64,000 bases of DNA from Candidatus Brocadiia bacterium (lineage in GTDB: Bacteria; Planctomycetota; MHYJ01; JACQXL01; JACQZI01): positions 8,170-72,169 of the forward strand of contig JAGVQN010000085.1 of NCBI GenBank assembly GCA_020051675.1, given 5' to 3'. The notes beneath the pieces were generated by a model. That model was not told where the DNA came from. It searched no databases and saw only the letters and a list, made by a program, of their open reading frames with translations. Shown here in pieces: positions 27,287-35,447 of the stretch. Both the position numbers and the translations under genes were made by a program. Within the stretch, counting starts at the first letter, position 1. Each line of letters opens with the position of its first letter.

Positions 27287-28681
27287 ATGGGAATTTTTAA
27301 AGCATACGATATCCGCGGAAAATATCCTTCAGAACTCGACGAGTCTAAGGCATATATCATCGGCCGGGCGATCGCCAGATATTTCAGAGTAAAGCAGGTT
27401 GCTGTTGGGTGCGATGTCCGCTTGTCATCTGATTCTATACGGGACGCCTTGGTCAAGGGGTTAGCGGATGAAAACATCGCGGTGACGGATATCGGAGTTG
27501 CGACCACGCCCATGTCCTATTTTGCCAGCGCCGTTTACGAATTTCCGGCAACGGTCATGGTGACCGCCTCACACAATCCACCTGAATACAACGGATTCAA
27601 AATCTGCCGCGAGAACGCCATTGCCTTATCAGAGAAAACGGGATTGCTGGATATAAAGAAAATAGCGGATGAAATTACGGGGAAATATAAATACGAACCG
27701 GCCCAAGTTAAAACTGTTTCTCTTGATATCAGGGCTGATTATAAAAAGCTTATTCTGAATTTGGTCAAGATATCCAAGCCGACAAAGATTGTGGTTGATA
27801 CAGCCAATGGCGCGGTCGGGACGGTATTTGAAGATATATTTCCTAATAAACAATTTTACGCCGGAGGCGGATCCGCCTTTGGCGGAACCTATACGCCGTT
27901 ATGTTTTAAGCCGGACGGAAGATTCCCGAATCACGAGCCTAATCCGATGAATGACGAGAACCTGGCAGATATCAAGAAAGCGATATTAAAGGAAAAAGCA
28001 GATTTCGGGATAGCCTTTGACGGGGACGGCGACCGGTGCATGTTCCTGGATGAAAAGGCCGAGCGGATTCCGAGCGACATGGTTTCCGCCCTGATTGCGC
28101 GGGAGATGATTGCCGCGGAGCCCGGTGCGGCGATTGTTTATGATCTGCGTTCAAGCTGGGCGGTCAAAGAGGAAATCGCCAAAGCCGGAGGCAAACCAAT
28201 CAGGGATCGGGTAGGTCACGCATTTATCAAGGAGACTATGAGGAAGAACAATTCGCCTTTTGCCGGGGAGCTGTCAGGCCATTATTATTTCCGCCAGAGT
28301 TATACTAGCCCTAAGAGCGCGGAAACGGTTCGCTGGTTCGCGGATTCCGGGATTGTCGCCTTTGTCAATTTTATAAACGCCGTGACGCGCATAGGTAAGC
28401 CTGTTTCGGAGATTATCAAGCCTTTCAGGCGCTATTTTGCCTCGGGCGAGCAGAATTTTAAGGTGAAGGACAAGGATGCCGCTATGGAAAATATTTCCCG
28501 CGAGTTTAAAGACGGCAGGCAGGATACGCTGGACGGTGTGACCATAGAATATCCGGATTGGTGGCTGAACTTAAGGCCTTCCAATACCGAACCGCTTTTA
28601 AGGCTTAACTTGGAAGCCAAGACTAAGGAAAAGCTGGATAAAATAACGGACCGGTTGGTAAAGATAATTAAGGGAAATTAA
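27287..28681 (+). CDS. Phosphomannomutase/phosphoglucomutase (alpha-D-phosphohexomutase family).
   Basis: It has the TASHNP active-site serine loop and the GFDGDGDR metal-binding loop. The start is MGIFKAYDIRG, with GGAGAG as a Shine-Dalgarno. Confidence 0.85.
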   Translation: MGIFKAYDIRGKYPSELDESKAYIIGRAIARYFRVKQVAVGCDVRLSSDSIRDALVKGLADENIAVTDIGVATTPMSYFASAVYEFPATVMVTASHNPPEYNGFKICRENAIALSEKTGLLDIKKIADEITGKYKYEPAQVKTVSLDIRADYKKLILNLVKISKPTKIVVDTANGAVGTVFEDIFPNKQFYAGGGSAFGGTYTPLCFKPDGRFPNHEPNPMNDENLADIKKAILKEKADFGIAFDGDGDRCMFLDEKAERIPSDMVSALIAREMIAAEPGAAIVYDLRSSWAVKEEIAKAGGKPIRDRVGHAFIKETMRKNNSPFAGELSGHYYFRQSYTSPKSAETVRWFADSGIVAFVNFINAVTRIGKPVSEIIKPFRRYFASGEQNFKVKDKDAAMENISREFKDGRQDTLDGVTIEYPDWWLNLRPSNTEPLLRLNLEAKTKEKLDKITDRLVKIIKGN

Positions 28682-28705
28682 CCTCGGGCTATATGTTTGG
28701 GGTAA

Positions 28706-30112
28706 TTGTTGGTTATGACAAGAGAAATAACCGCGGCGGACCGCCGTAAGGGATTAAATATATCCATCTGGGACGGGGTCTTCGCCACCATACACGGGAC
28801 GCTGGTGGGTGGCATGTTTGTTACCGGTTATGTTAATACTCTTGGAGCAACCAATATTCACTTTGCGCTTTTGACCGCTTTGCCTTCTTTGGCGTTAGTC
28901 ATACAAATTTTCATTGCATATTGGCTGCAATCATTATCTTCACGCAAGCCGCTTTCCGTAATCACCGCGGGCGTATCCAGATTCAGTTGGTTTCTTATGC
29001 TATTTCTTCCTTTTCTTTTTATTAAGAGCAAGGCGCTAACTATTTTCTTTATCCTGTATATTTTAGCCGCGCTTACCGGCGCCATGGCCGGGAATCCCTG
29101 GACTTCGTGGATGTCCGACCTGGTTCCGAAGCAATTGCGGGGCAGGTATTTCAGCAGGCGCAATATGATTTGCACAATAGTCGGCGCGGTTATCGTAATA
29201 CCCGCCGGATATTTTATAGATTATAGAAAACCGATCGGTGAATATATAAGCCGGTTTTTACCGGCATTCGATTGCCTGACCAGAGAAGAAACCTTCATGT
29301 TTATTGGTTTTGGTGTTCTTTCGATAGTTGGCGTACTTGCGGCAGTTTTATCAACGATATATTTGATTCGCCAGCCCGAACCGCCTTTTACCACGCCGGA
29401 AAATCCGCGTAAACCATTAATGTTATTACAATACATTAAAATTACCTTAGCAGATAAGAAATTTAAGACTTTTATCATATTAATTTGCATCTGGAATGTT
29501 ATTAACAGCCTTGCGTCGCCGTTTTGGATGCCATACCTCATGAATAATATAAAATGGGATTATTCCGCGATAGGATATTATACGTTTGTTAACAATAGTT
29601 CCCGAATTCTCGGATTACTAATTTGGGGAAAACTGATTGATCGTTATGGTTGCAAGCCGATAATCATGGTAGCAATATTTTTCGGGTCATTCCATCCCTT
29701 ATACTGGATTGTTTCAGACTCTAACTTTAGCCTTATGATTTATCTGGACGGCATTTCCAGCGGTTTTATGTGGTCAGGCATGGAAATCGCCCTATTTAAG
29801 ATGCTGTTAGGATATGCGCCCCAAAACCATAAAGAGATGTATTATGCCGTATATACAATAGTTACGAGTTTGGTTGCCGCGCTTCCGCAGTTCCTGATTG
29901 GGTATATTGCGGATTTAATCCCGCCGGGCTTCGTTTTCCTTTCCCTGGATTTTGTAAAATGGATATTCTGGTTTACAGCAATCGGAAGATTTATATTCCT
30001 GATACCTTTTGCAAAGATGATAAGCGAGCCGGAAAGCAAGCCAGTTCTGTATTTTATTGATAATATTATGGGCAGAGTGAAAGGGTGGTTCGGTTTTTCA
30101 GGAACACCTTAA
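28706..30112 (+). CDS. MFS transporter.
   Basis: About 12 predicted TM helices and a size typical of the major facilitator superfamily. Confidence 0.7.
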   Translation: MLVMTREITAADRRKGLNISIWDGVFATIHGTLVGGMFVTGYVNTLGATNIHFALLTALPSLALVIQIFIAYWLQSLSSRKPLSVITAGVSRFSWFLMLFLPFLFIKSKALTIFFILYILAALTGAMAGNPWTSWMSDLVPKQLRGRYFSRRNMICTIVGAVIVIPAGYFIDYRKPIGEYISRFLPAFDCLTREETFMFIGFGVLSIVGVLAAVLSTIYLIRQPEPPFTTPENPRKPLMLLQYIKITLADKKFKTFIILICIWNVINSLASPFWMPYLMNNIKWDYSAIGYYTFVNNSSRILGLLIWGKLIDRYGCKPIIMVAIFFGSFHPLYWIVSDSNFSLMIYLDGISSGFMWSGMEIALFKMLLGYAPQNHKEMYYAVYTIVTSLVAALPQFLIGYIADLIPPGFVFLSLDFVKWIFWFTAIGRFIFLIPFAKMISEPESKPVLYFIDNIMGRVKGWFGFSGTP

Positions 30113-30121
30113 ATGGCTTGC

Positions 30122-30508
30122 CTACTTAAGTTTATTGACCATTTCCTCATCCAGCCGTTTCAGTTTCTGTTTGGTATCAACCATGACGATGGTGGTTTCC
30201 CCTTCCACTACCAGTCGGCCTGATCCTTTCTCGGTTATTTTATACTGGAAGATAAAGCTGGCGCCGCCGAATTTGGATATCCAGGTATCAACCACAATCG
30301 TTTCGCCGTAGTGGGAAGGCGAGCGGTAATCAACGCGTGCTGAAGCGACCATAAAGAAAACCCCTTTGTCGTGGTAGGCTTTCAGGTCCACCCCGCGCCT
30401 GTTCATGTAATCGGTTCGGGCGCGCTCGAAGAACTTGAGGTAGTTTGCGTAATAAACCACATTGCCGCAATCGGTATCTTCATAATATATTTTTATTTCC
30501 ATTGCCAA
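30122..30508 (-). CDS. YbgC/4HBT-family acyl-CoA thioesterase (hotdog fold).
   Basis: MAMEIKIYYEDTDCGNVVYYANYLKFFERAR... Confidence 0.8.
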   Translation of the reverse strand: MAMEIKIYYEDTDCGNVVYYANYLKFFERARTDYMNRRGVDLKAYHDKGVFFMVASARVDYRSPSHYGETIVVDTWISKFGGASFIFQYKITEKGSGRLVVEGETTIVMVDTKQKLKRLDEEMVNKLK

Positions 30509-30603
30509 GCTCCTTAATCGTATATCTTGACTTGTTCCCGCCTATAATATAAAATTTCTGAATTGAAGTAAAACTTTATCGAATTAAAAGCGAGGCATGC
30601 GAT

Positions 30604-31248
30604 ATGAAAATATTTTTGGATACGGCAAACCTGAAAGATATCAAGCAGGCGCAGGATATGGGAATTCTGGACGGAGTGACCACGAACCCGACCTTGATTT
30701 CCAAGGAACAGAAATCCTTTAAAGAACTGGTCAAAGAGATTTGCGCCATAGTCAAGGGCCCGGTAAGCGCGGAAGTGGTCGGAAAAACCGCTGGCGAAAT
30801 GGTTAAAGAGGCGGAGGGCCTCGTAAAAATCGCCAAGAATATCGTGGTGAAAATACCGATGACGGCCGAAGGCCTTAAAACGGCAAACAGCTTGTCTTCC
30901 CGGGGGATAAAGACCAATGTTACTTTGTGTTTCAGCGCGCTCCAGGCGATACTGGCTGCCAAAGCCGGAGCGACTTATATGAGCGTCTTTGTCGGGCGGC
31001 TGGATGATGCGGGGCACGTCGGAATGGATGTCGTCCGCCAGATTAAGCAGATTTATCTCAATTACAAATTTTCCACGGAGATAATCGTGGCAAGCATCCG
31101 GCATCCTTTGCACGTGGTGGAAACGGCGCTTTCAGGTGCGGATATTGCGACCATTCCTTACGCGGTATTTGAAAAGATGTTTAAGCATCCCCTGACCGAG
31201 GACGGAATAGAGATTTTCCTTAAAGATTGGGCAAAGGTAAAGGGGTAA
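30604..31248 (+). CDS. tal: Transaldolase / fructose-6-phosphate aldolase family.
   Basis: [13 protein letters not shown]...GVTTNPTLI, and it is ~215 aa long. Confidence 0.9.
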   Translation: MKIFLDTANLKDIKQAQDMGILDGVTTNPTLISKEQKSFKELVKEICAIVKGPVSAEVVGKTAGEMVKEAEGLVKIAKNIVVKIPMTAEGLKTANSLSSRGIKTNVTLCFSALQAILAAKAGATYMSVFVGRLDDAGHVGMDVVRQIKQIYLNYKFSTEIIVASIRHPLHVVETALSGADIATIPYAVFEKMFKHPLTEDGIEIFLKDWAKVKG

Positions 31249-31254
31249 CCGCTT

Positions 31255-32064
31255 TTGGGCATATTTAAAATGTATCGCTATTTGGCAATAGTTTGTTTGT
31301 TGGGCATAGTCTTTACCGCTTCGGCCTGCCCGAGCCTGCCAAAACGGGGAGAGTATCCTTCGGATAATAATTTCTTAGAGGGGGATAAAAGTTTTTATGA
31401 AGGAGATTTTGAATCCGCGATAAGCTATTACCAAGTGTATTTAAATAACAATTCAGATTCGGCTTTTGCCGGCGAGGCATGGATGAGGGTGGGTTTAAGC
31501 CGCCTGGCATTGAGTGATTACGATAAAGCGCTGAACGATTTGCTTAAAGCGGAGGGTAAAACCAAGAGGTCTTTTTTAAAGGCGCAGGTTTTCGGGGCAA
31601 TCGGCAGGTGTTATCTTTTTAAAAGAGAATATGAGCATGCCGCGCGTTATTTTAAAAAAGCATTATCCGCGGACGAAAACGCCTTACCCAAAGACGAAAT
31701 TCTTTTTAACCTGGCAACGGCTTTGATGAGAAGCGGCCGATGGGATGAAGGAATCAATTATTTCAAGCGGTTGATACAATCCCATCCGGAAAGCCGCTAT
31801 GCCGAAGCGGCCAAGGAACGTCTTTATTTCCCGCCCAATAATTTCGTGGTCCAGCTTTCCAAATACCAGGATAAGGAAAACGCCGAAGAGGAAATAAAAG
31901 AGCTGAGCGAGAAAAAAGACATCAAAACTTCTTTGAAAATTATGTTGATAGGAGGCGAACAATATTATTTTATATGGGCGGGCAGTTTTTCTTCCTGGGA
32001 AGCGGCTTTTAAAAAGGCTGAGGAAATCCAGGCAAAAGGCGTGGAAGCGATAGTCGTCCCTTAG
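31255..32064 (+). CDS. TPR lipoprotein with a C-terminal SPOR domain (YbgF/CpoB-like).
   Basis: It has a lipobox (TASACPS) and TPR repeats, and its C-terminus is SPOR-like. The start is TTG at 31255, or alternatively ATG at 31270. Confidence 0.6.
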   Translation: MGIFKMYRYLAIVCLLGIVFTASACPSLPKRGEYPSDNNFLEGDKSFYEGDFESAISYYQVYLNNNSDSAFAGEAWMRVGLSRLALSDYDKALNDLLKAEGKTKRSFLKAQVFGAIGRCYLFKREYEHAARYFKKALSADENALPKDEILFNLATALMRSGRWDEGINYFKRLIQSHPESRYAEAAKERLYFPPNNFVVQLSKYQDKENAEEEIKELSEKKDIKTSLKIMLIGGEQYYFIWAGSFSSWEAAFKKAEEIQAKGVEAIVVP

Positions 32065-32090
32065 TTGTAAAAATTAGGAAAGGAGACGGT

Positions 32091-32867
32091 ATGGGATATC
32101 AGAACATAATGTACGAAATGAAAGAAGGATTGGCTTTTGTTACTATCAACCGCCCGCAGAAACTGAACGCGCTCAATGATGACGTCATAAACGAATTGTT
32201 CGAGGCTTTTTATGGCATAAAGAAAGACGATAGCGTCAAGGCGGTATTGATTACCGGCTCGGGCGACAAGGCGTTCGTCGCAGGGGCGGATATAAAAGAG
32301 CTTTTCGAGTTAAATCCCATTACCGGCAAGGCAAAGATGCTCAAAGGGCAGGCGCTTTTTAGCCTGATTGAAAATGCGGGAAAACCGGTGGTAGCCGCGA
32401 TTAACGGATTTGCCTTAGGCGGCGGGTGCGAACTTTCCTTGGCATGTACCGTGAGGTTTGCTTCGGAGGATGCCAAGTTCGGACAACCGGAAGTGAATCT
32501 GGGGATTATCCCCGGTTATGGCGGAACGCAAAGGCTTAGCCGCCTGGTCGGCAAAGGGCGGGCTTTGGAATTGATTCTTTCCGGAGATATTATAAATGCG
32601 GCAGAGGCTTACAGGATCGGATTGGTAAACAAGATTTATCCAAAGGATAAATTATTGGAAGAGGCGGAGAAATTCTGCCGTAACCTTATGTCCAAAGGAA
32701 CAAAAGCGCTTCAGTATGCCATGGAAGCGGTGAACAAAGGGCTAAACCAGACATTGGACGATGGATTGAACCTGGAGGCGAATTTATTCGGGTTGCTTTG
32801 CGCGACCGAAGACATGAAAGAGGGCTTGACGGCGTTTCTGGAAAAAAGGAAGCCGGAGTTTAAATAA
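32091..32867 (+). CDS. Enoyl-CoA hydratase/isomerase (crotonase family).
   Basis: It carries the crotonase signature, including ...GGGCELSLACT... Confidence 0.85.
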   Translation: MGYQNIMYEMKEGLAFVTINRPQKLNALNDDVINELFEAFYGIKKDDSVKAVLITGSGDKAFVAGADIKELFELNPITGKAKMLKGQALFSLIENAGKPVVAAINGFALGGGCELSLACTVRFASEDAKFGQPEVNLGIIPGYGGTQRLSRLVGKGRALELILSGDIINAAEAYRIGLVNKIYPKDKLLEEAEKFCRNLMSKGTKALQYAMEAVNKGLNQTLDDGLNLEANLFGLLCATEDMKEGLTAFLEKRKPEFK

Positions 32868-32870
32868 AAT

Positions 32871-32946
32871 GTTACAAGTTACAGGTTTTAAGTTATAAGT
32901 CGCTTGGTTAATAACATTGTAACCTGTAACTTTTAACTTGTAACTC
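32871..32946 (+). repeat. Long imperfect hairpin built from GTTAC/GTAAC motifs (GTTACAAGTTACAGGTT ... AACCTGTAACTTTTAACTTGTAAC).
   Basis: Direct reading. A related hairpin, CAAGTTA...TAACTTG, lies at 33746-33777 on the other side of the phosphoesterase gene. Confidence 0.55.
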
Positions 32947-32955
32947 TTATGCCGT

Positions 32956-33720
32956 ATGAAACGAGCGATAATATCGGACATACACGGGAATCTTGAAGCC
33001 CTGAAAGCTGTTCTGGATGATATCAAAGCCAAAGGCGTTTCGGATATCATATGCCTTGGCGATATTATCGGATACGGTCCCAACCCGCGCGAGTGCCTTA
33101 AACTGATTCAGGATTGCGGTTCGGTTTGTATCAAAGGAAACCACGAAGAGGCCGTCCTTTACATCGGGATAAACTTTAATGTCGAAGCGGGCCTGGCGGT
33201 TGATTGGACCAGGAACGAAATAAACTCAGTGAAGTATGACCCGGTAGAAACCGAAATGATGTGGAATTTTATCGGGGAACTGCCCCGTTTGCATGAGGAA
33301 GATGATTTTTTATATGTGCACGCCTCCCCGAAAGAGCCTGTCCGCGAGTATCTTAGGCCTTCAGATGTAACCAATGCTGAAAAAATGCAGGATAATTTTA
33401 ACCTTGTCAGGCATAAATGCTTTTGCGGGCATACGCACGAGCCGGGTGCCTTTGTCCAGTATACGGACGAATCGGTTTCTTTTTACCGTCCGGCTGATAT
33501 CAAGAGCGTTTATAATCTTGATGAGAATAAATGCATAATTAATGCGGGGTCGGTCGGCCAGCCGCGGGATAATGATAACCGGGCTTGTTATGTGATAATG
33601 GAAGATAATAAGGTTTCTTTCCACCGGCTGGCGTATAATTACAAAGAAACGATGAAGAAAATTCTGGATACAAAGGTGTTGCCCAAAATGCTGGCGGTAA
33701 GATTACATGCGGGGAAATGA
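32956..33720 (+). CDS. Calcineurin-like metallophosphoesterase.
   Basis: DIHGN...GDIIGYGP...GNHE motifs are present. Confidence 0.75.
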   Translation: MKRAIISDIHGNLEALKAVLDDIKAKGVSDIICLGDIIGYGPNPRECLKLIQDCGSVCIKGNHEEAVLYIGINFNVEAGLAVDWTRNEINSVKYDPVETEMMWNFIGELPRLHEEDDFLYVHASPKEPVREYLRPSDVTNAEKMQDNFNLVRHKCFCGHTHEPGAFVQYTDESVSFYRPADIKSVYNLDENKCIINAGSVGQPRDNDNRACYVIMEDNKVSFHRLAYNYKETMKKILDTKVLPKMLAVRLHAGK

Positions 33721-33786
33721 TATAATGTTTCAGGTTAAAAGTTTCAAGTTAGATGTTATGTGGTTGTTAACTTGTAACTTCCCAAT

Positions 33787-34668
33787 ATGAAAGTTGTTAA
33801 AACTTTTCCTCGTTTACCTAAACGCCAGCGCGAAAGCCATAAGGGCGATTACGGGCGTATTCTTATTGTTGCCGGTTCCCGCGGGATGAGCGGTGCCGCG
33901 CGGCTTGCCGCAGAAGGCGCGCTGCGTTCAGGCGCCGGGTTGGTTACGGTTGCCACGCCGAAAAGCCAGCAGCCGATTCTGGCAAGGAAAACTGCTTGCC
34001 CGATGACTTATCCGCTTCCGGAAACCAAAGAAGGGTCTCTTTCCCTTAAAGCCTTGCCCGAAATCCTTAAATTAATTAACAATTCGCAATTTAACGTAAT
34101 TGCCTTGGGGCCCGGTCTTTCCCAAAATCCGCAAACGGTAAAATTAGTCTTATCGTTAGTGCCTATTATAAAAGTTCCTACAGTAATTGATGCTGACGGG
34201 TTGAACGCTTTAAGCAAGGATGTAAATATTCTAAAGAAAGTCAAGGTGCCGGTTATTCTGACTCCGCATCCGGGGGAAATGAATAGATTGATAGGTTCAA
34301 AGGTTCAATCGTTCAAGAGCTCAAGAGTTAAGATTGCTGTAGATTTTGCAAAGCGATACAAAGTTATTATTGCATTGAAAGGATACCAGACGGTTGTTAC
34401 GGATGGAAATAAAGTCTATATTAATAAAACCGGCAATCCGGGAATGGCCACCGGCGGAAGCGGGGATGTTTTGACCGGTGTCATTGCAGGACTACTGGCT
34501 CAAAGGGTTAAATCCGAAATTCTCACTCCGTTCCAAGCCGCCCAGCTCGGCGTTTATATCCACGGCCTGGCCGGCGATTTAGCCGCCAAAGACAAGGGTG
34601 AGATTTCGCTTATCGCGACGGATATTTTGGAATACCTGCCTGTTGCCTTAAAAAGAGTATCAGGATAG
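33787..34668 (+). CDS. nnrD: ADP-dependent NAD(P)H-hydrate dehydratase (YjeF C-terminal / carbohydrate kinase family).
   Basis: HKGDYGRILIVAGSRGMSGAA and GDVLTGVIAGL motifs are present. Confidence 0.85.
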   Translation: MKVVKTFPRLPKRQRESHKGDYGRILIVAGSRGMSGAARLAAEGALRSGAGLVTVATPKSQQPILARKTACPMTYPLPETKEGSLSLKALPEILKLINNSQFNVIALGPGLSQNPQTVKLVLSLVPIIKVPTVIDADGLNALSKDVNILKKVKVPVILTPHPGEMNRLIGSKVQSFKSSRVKIAVDFAKRYKVIIALKGYQTVVTDGNKVYINKTGNPGMATGGSGDVLTGVIAGLLAQRVKSEILTPFQAAQLGVYIHGLAGDLAAKDKGEISLIATDILEYLPVALKRVSG

Positions 34669-34800
34669 CAGAGTATCAGCCGCCAGAGGTGCCCGCTCCG
34701 CCGAGACGAGGCGAGAGCCTCGCCAGCAGCCGGGAGTAACAGAATATCAGATTTCTGCGTCTTTCCCGAAAGCCTCATTCTGCCCGTACAGGCTATTATC

Positions 34801-34825
34801 GAGCCTGTCCGCAGGCTCTTTTTTT
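34801..34825 (+). terminator. Canonical Rho-independent terminator: GAGCCTG-tccg-CAGGCTC followed by seven T residues.
   Basis: Direct reading. Confidence 0.75.
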
Positions 34826-34836
34826 GACCCCCGGAT

Positions 34837-35100
34837 GGTATGCAGATATTAGTAATAGGGTATGCAGATGTCAGTAATAGGGTATGCGGATGTTAGTAAT
34901 AGGGTATGCAGATATTAGTAATAGGGGATGCAGATATTAGTAATAGGGTATGTAGATGTTAGTAATAGGGTATGCAGATGTCAGTAATAGGGTATGCGGA
35001 TGTTAGTAATAGGGTATGCAGATATTAGTAATAGGGTATGTAGGTATTAGTAATAGGGTATGCAGATATTAGTAATAGGTAATGAGGATATTAGTAATAG
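34837..35100. repeat. Twelve tandem copies of a 22-bp unit with consensus GGTATGCAGATATTAGTAATAG. Each unit contains the palindrome TATTAgTAATA.
   Basis: Units begin at 34837, 34859, and so on up to 35079. Variants are confined to positions 7-14. Units 2-4 are identical to units 7-9, which is a higher-order repeat. Confidence 0.9.
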
Positions 35101-35112
35101 CCTATTTTCCAT

Positions 35113-35152
35113 GGGTGTGTAGGGGTCGGGGGGGTAGGGTATAGGGGGGCGG
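35113..35152 (+). other. G-rich tract with G-quadruplex potential (GGG..GGGG..GGGGGGG..GGG..GGGGGG).
   Basis: Direct reading. Confidence 0.5.
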
Positions 35153-35184
35153 CTTCTTTATGTTGTCAATATCCCTTTGTTTTG

Positions 35185-35198
35185 TTACCAAACGGTAA
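35185..35198. promoter_or_regulatory. Palindrome TTACC-aaac-GGTAA, a candidate upstream activator site.
   Basis: It lies ~200 bp upstream of the sigma54 -24 element. Confidence 0.4.
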
Positions 35199-35271
35199 TT
35201 TTGTTACATTTCAGTAATAATAAAATCTGTAAACATTAATATATTAATTATTGACAAAAACGTTTCCTTTT

Positions 35272-35287
35272 GGTAACATTCATTACC
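35272..35287. promoter_or_regulatory. Palindrome GGTAA-cattca-TTACC, a candidate upstream activator site.
   Basis: It lies ~110 bp upstream of the sigma54 -24 element. Confidence 0.4.
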
Positions 35288-35383
35288 GTTTAGTAACGTA
35301 TAGATTTGTGTCTAACGCCTTTGTTTATAATGAGTTAGATATGATTAACTAATTAACTTAATTAACTAATAAATTTACTTACT

Positions 35384-35399
35384 TGGCACGCTTTTTGCT
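35384..35399 (+). promoter_or_regulatory. Sigma54 (RpoN) promoter: TTGGCACG-cttt-TTGCT.
   Basis: It matches the consensus YTGGCACG-N4-TTGCW exactly and sits ~50 nt upstream of the giant gene ATG. Confidence 0.75.
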
Positions 35400-35447
35400 A
35401 TATCTTAAATTGATATATATGTATATTTATTTAGAAAGAGAACGATA

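Noticed and set aside
30514-31113. A 199-aa minus-strand ORF antisense to the transaldolase gene.
   Set aside because: Transaldolase on the plus strand is strongly supported, and the antisense ORF has no motifs.
34837-35100. Possible CRISPR array.
   Set aside because: The repeats are directly abutting 22-bp units with no unique spacers between them and no cas genes. It is a tandem minisatellite-like array.
35251-35279. A sigma70-like TTGACA-17-TAACAT element upstream of the giant gene.
   Set aside because: Its -10 overlaps the GGTAAC-cattca-TTACC dyad, and a much better sigma54 promoter lies closer to the ATG. It was not called as the primary promoter, though dual promoters cannot be excluded.
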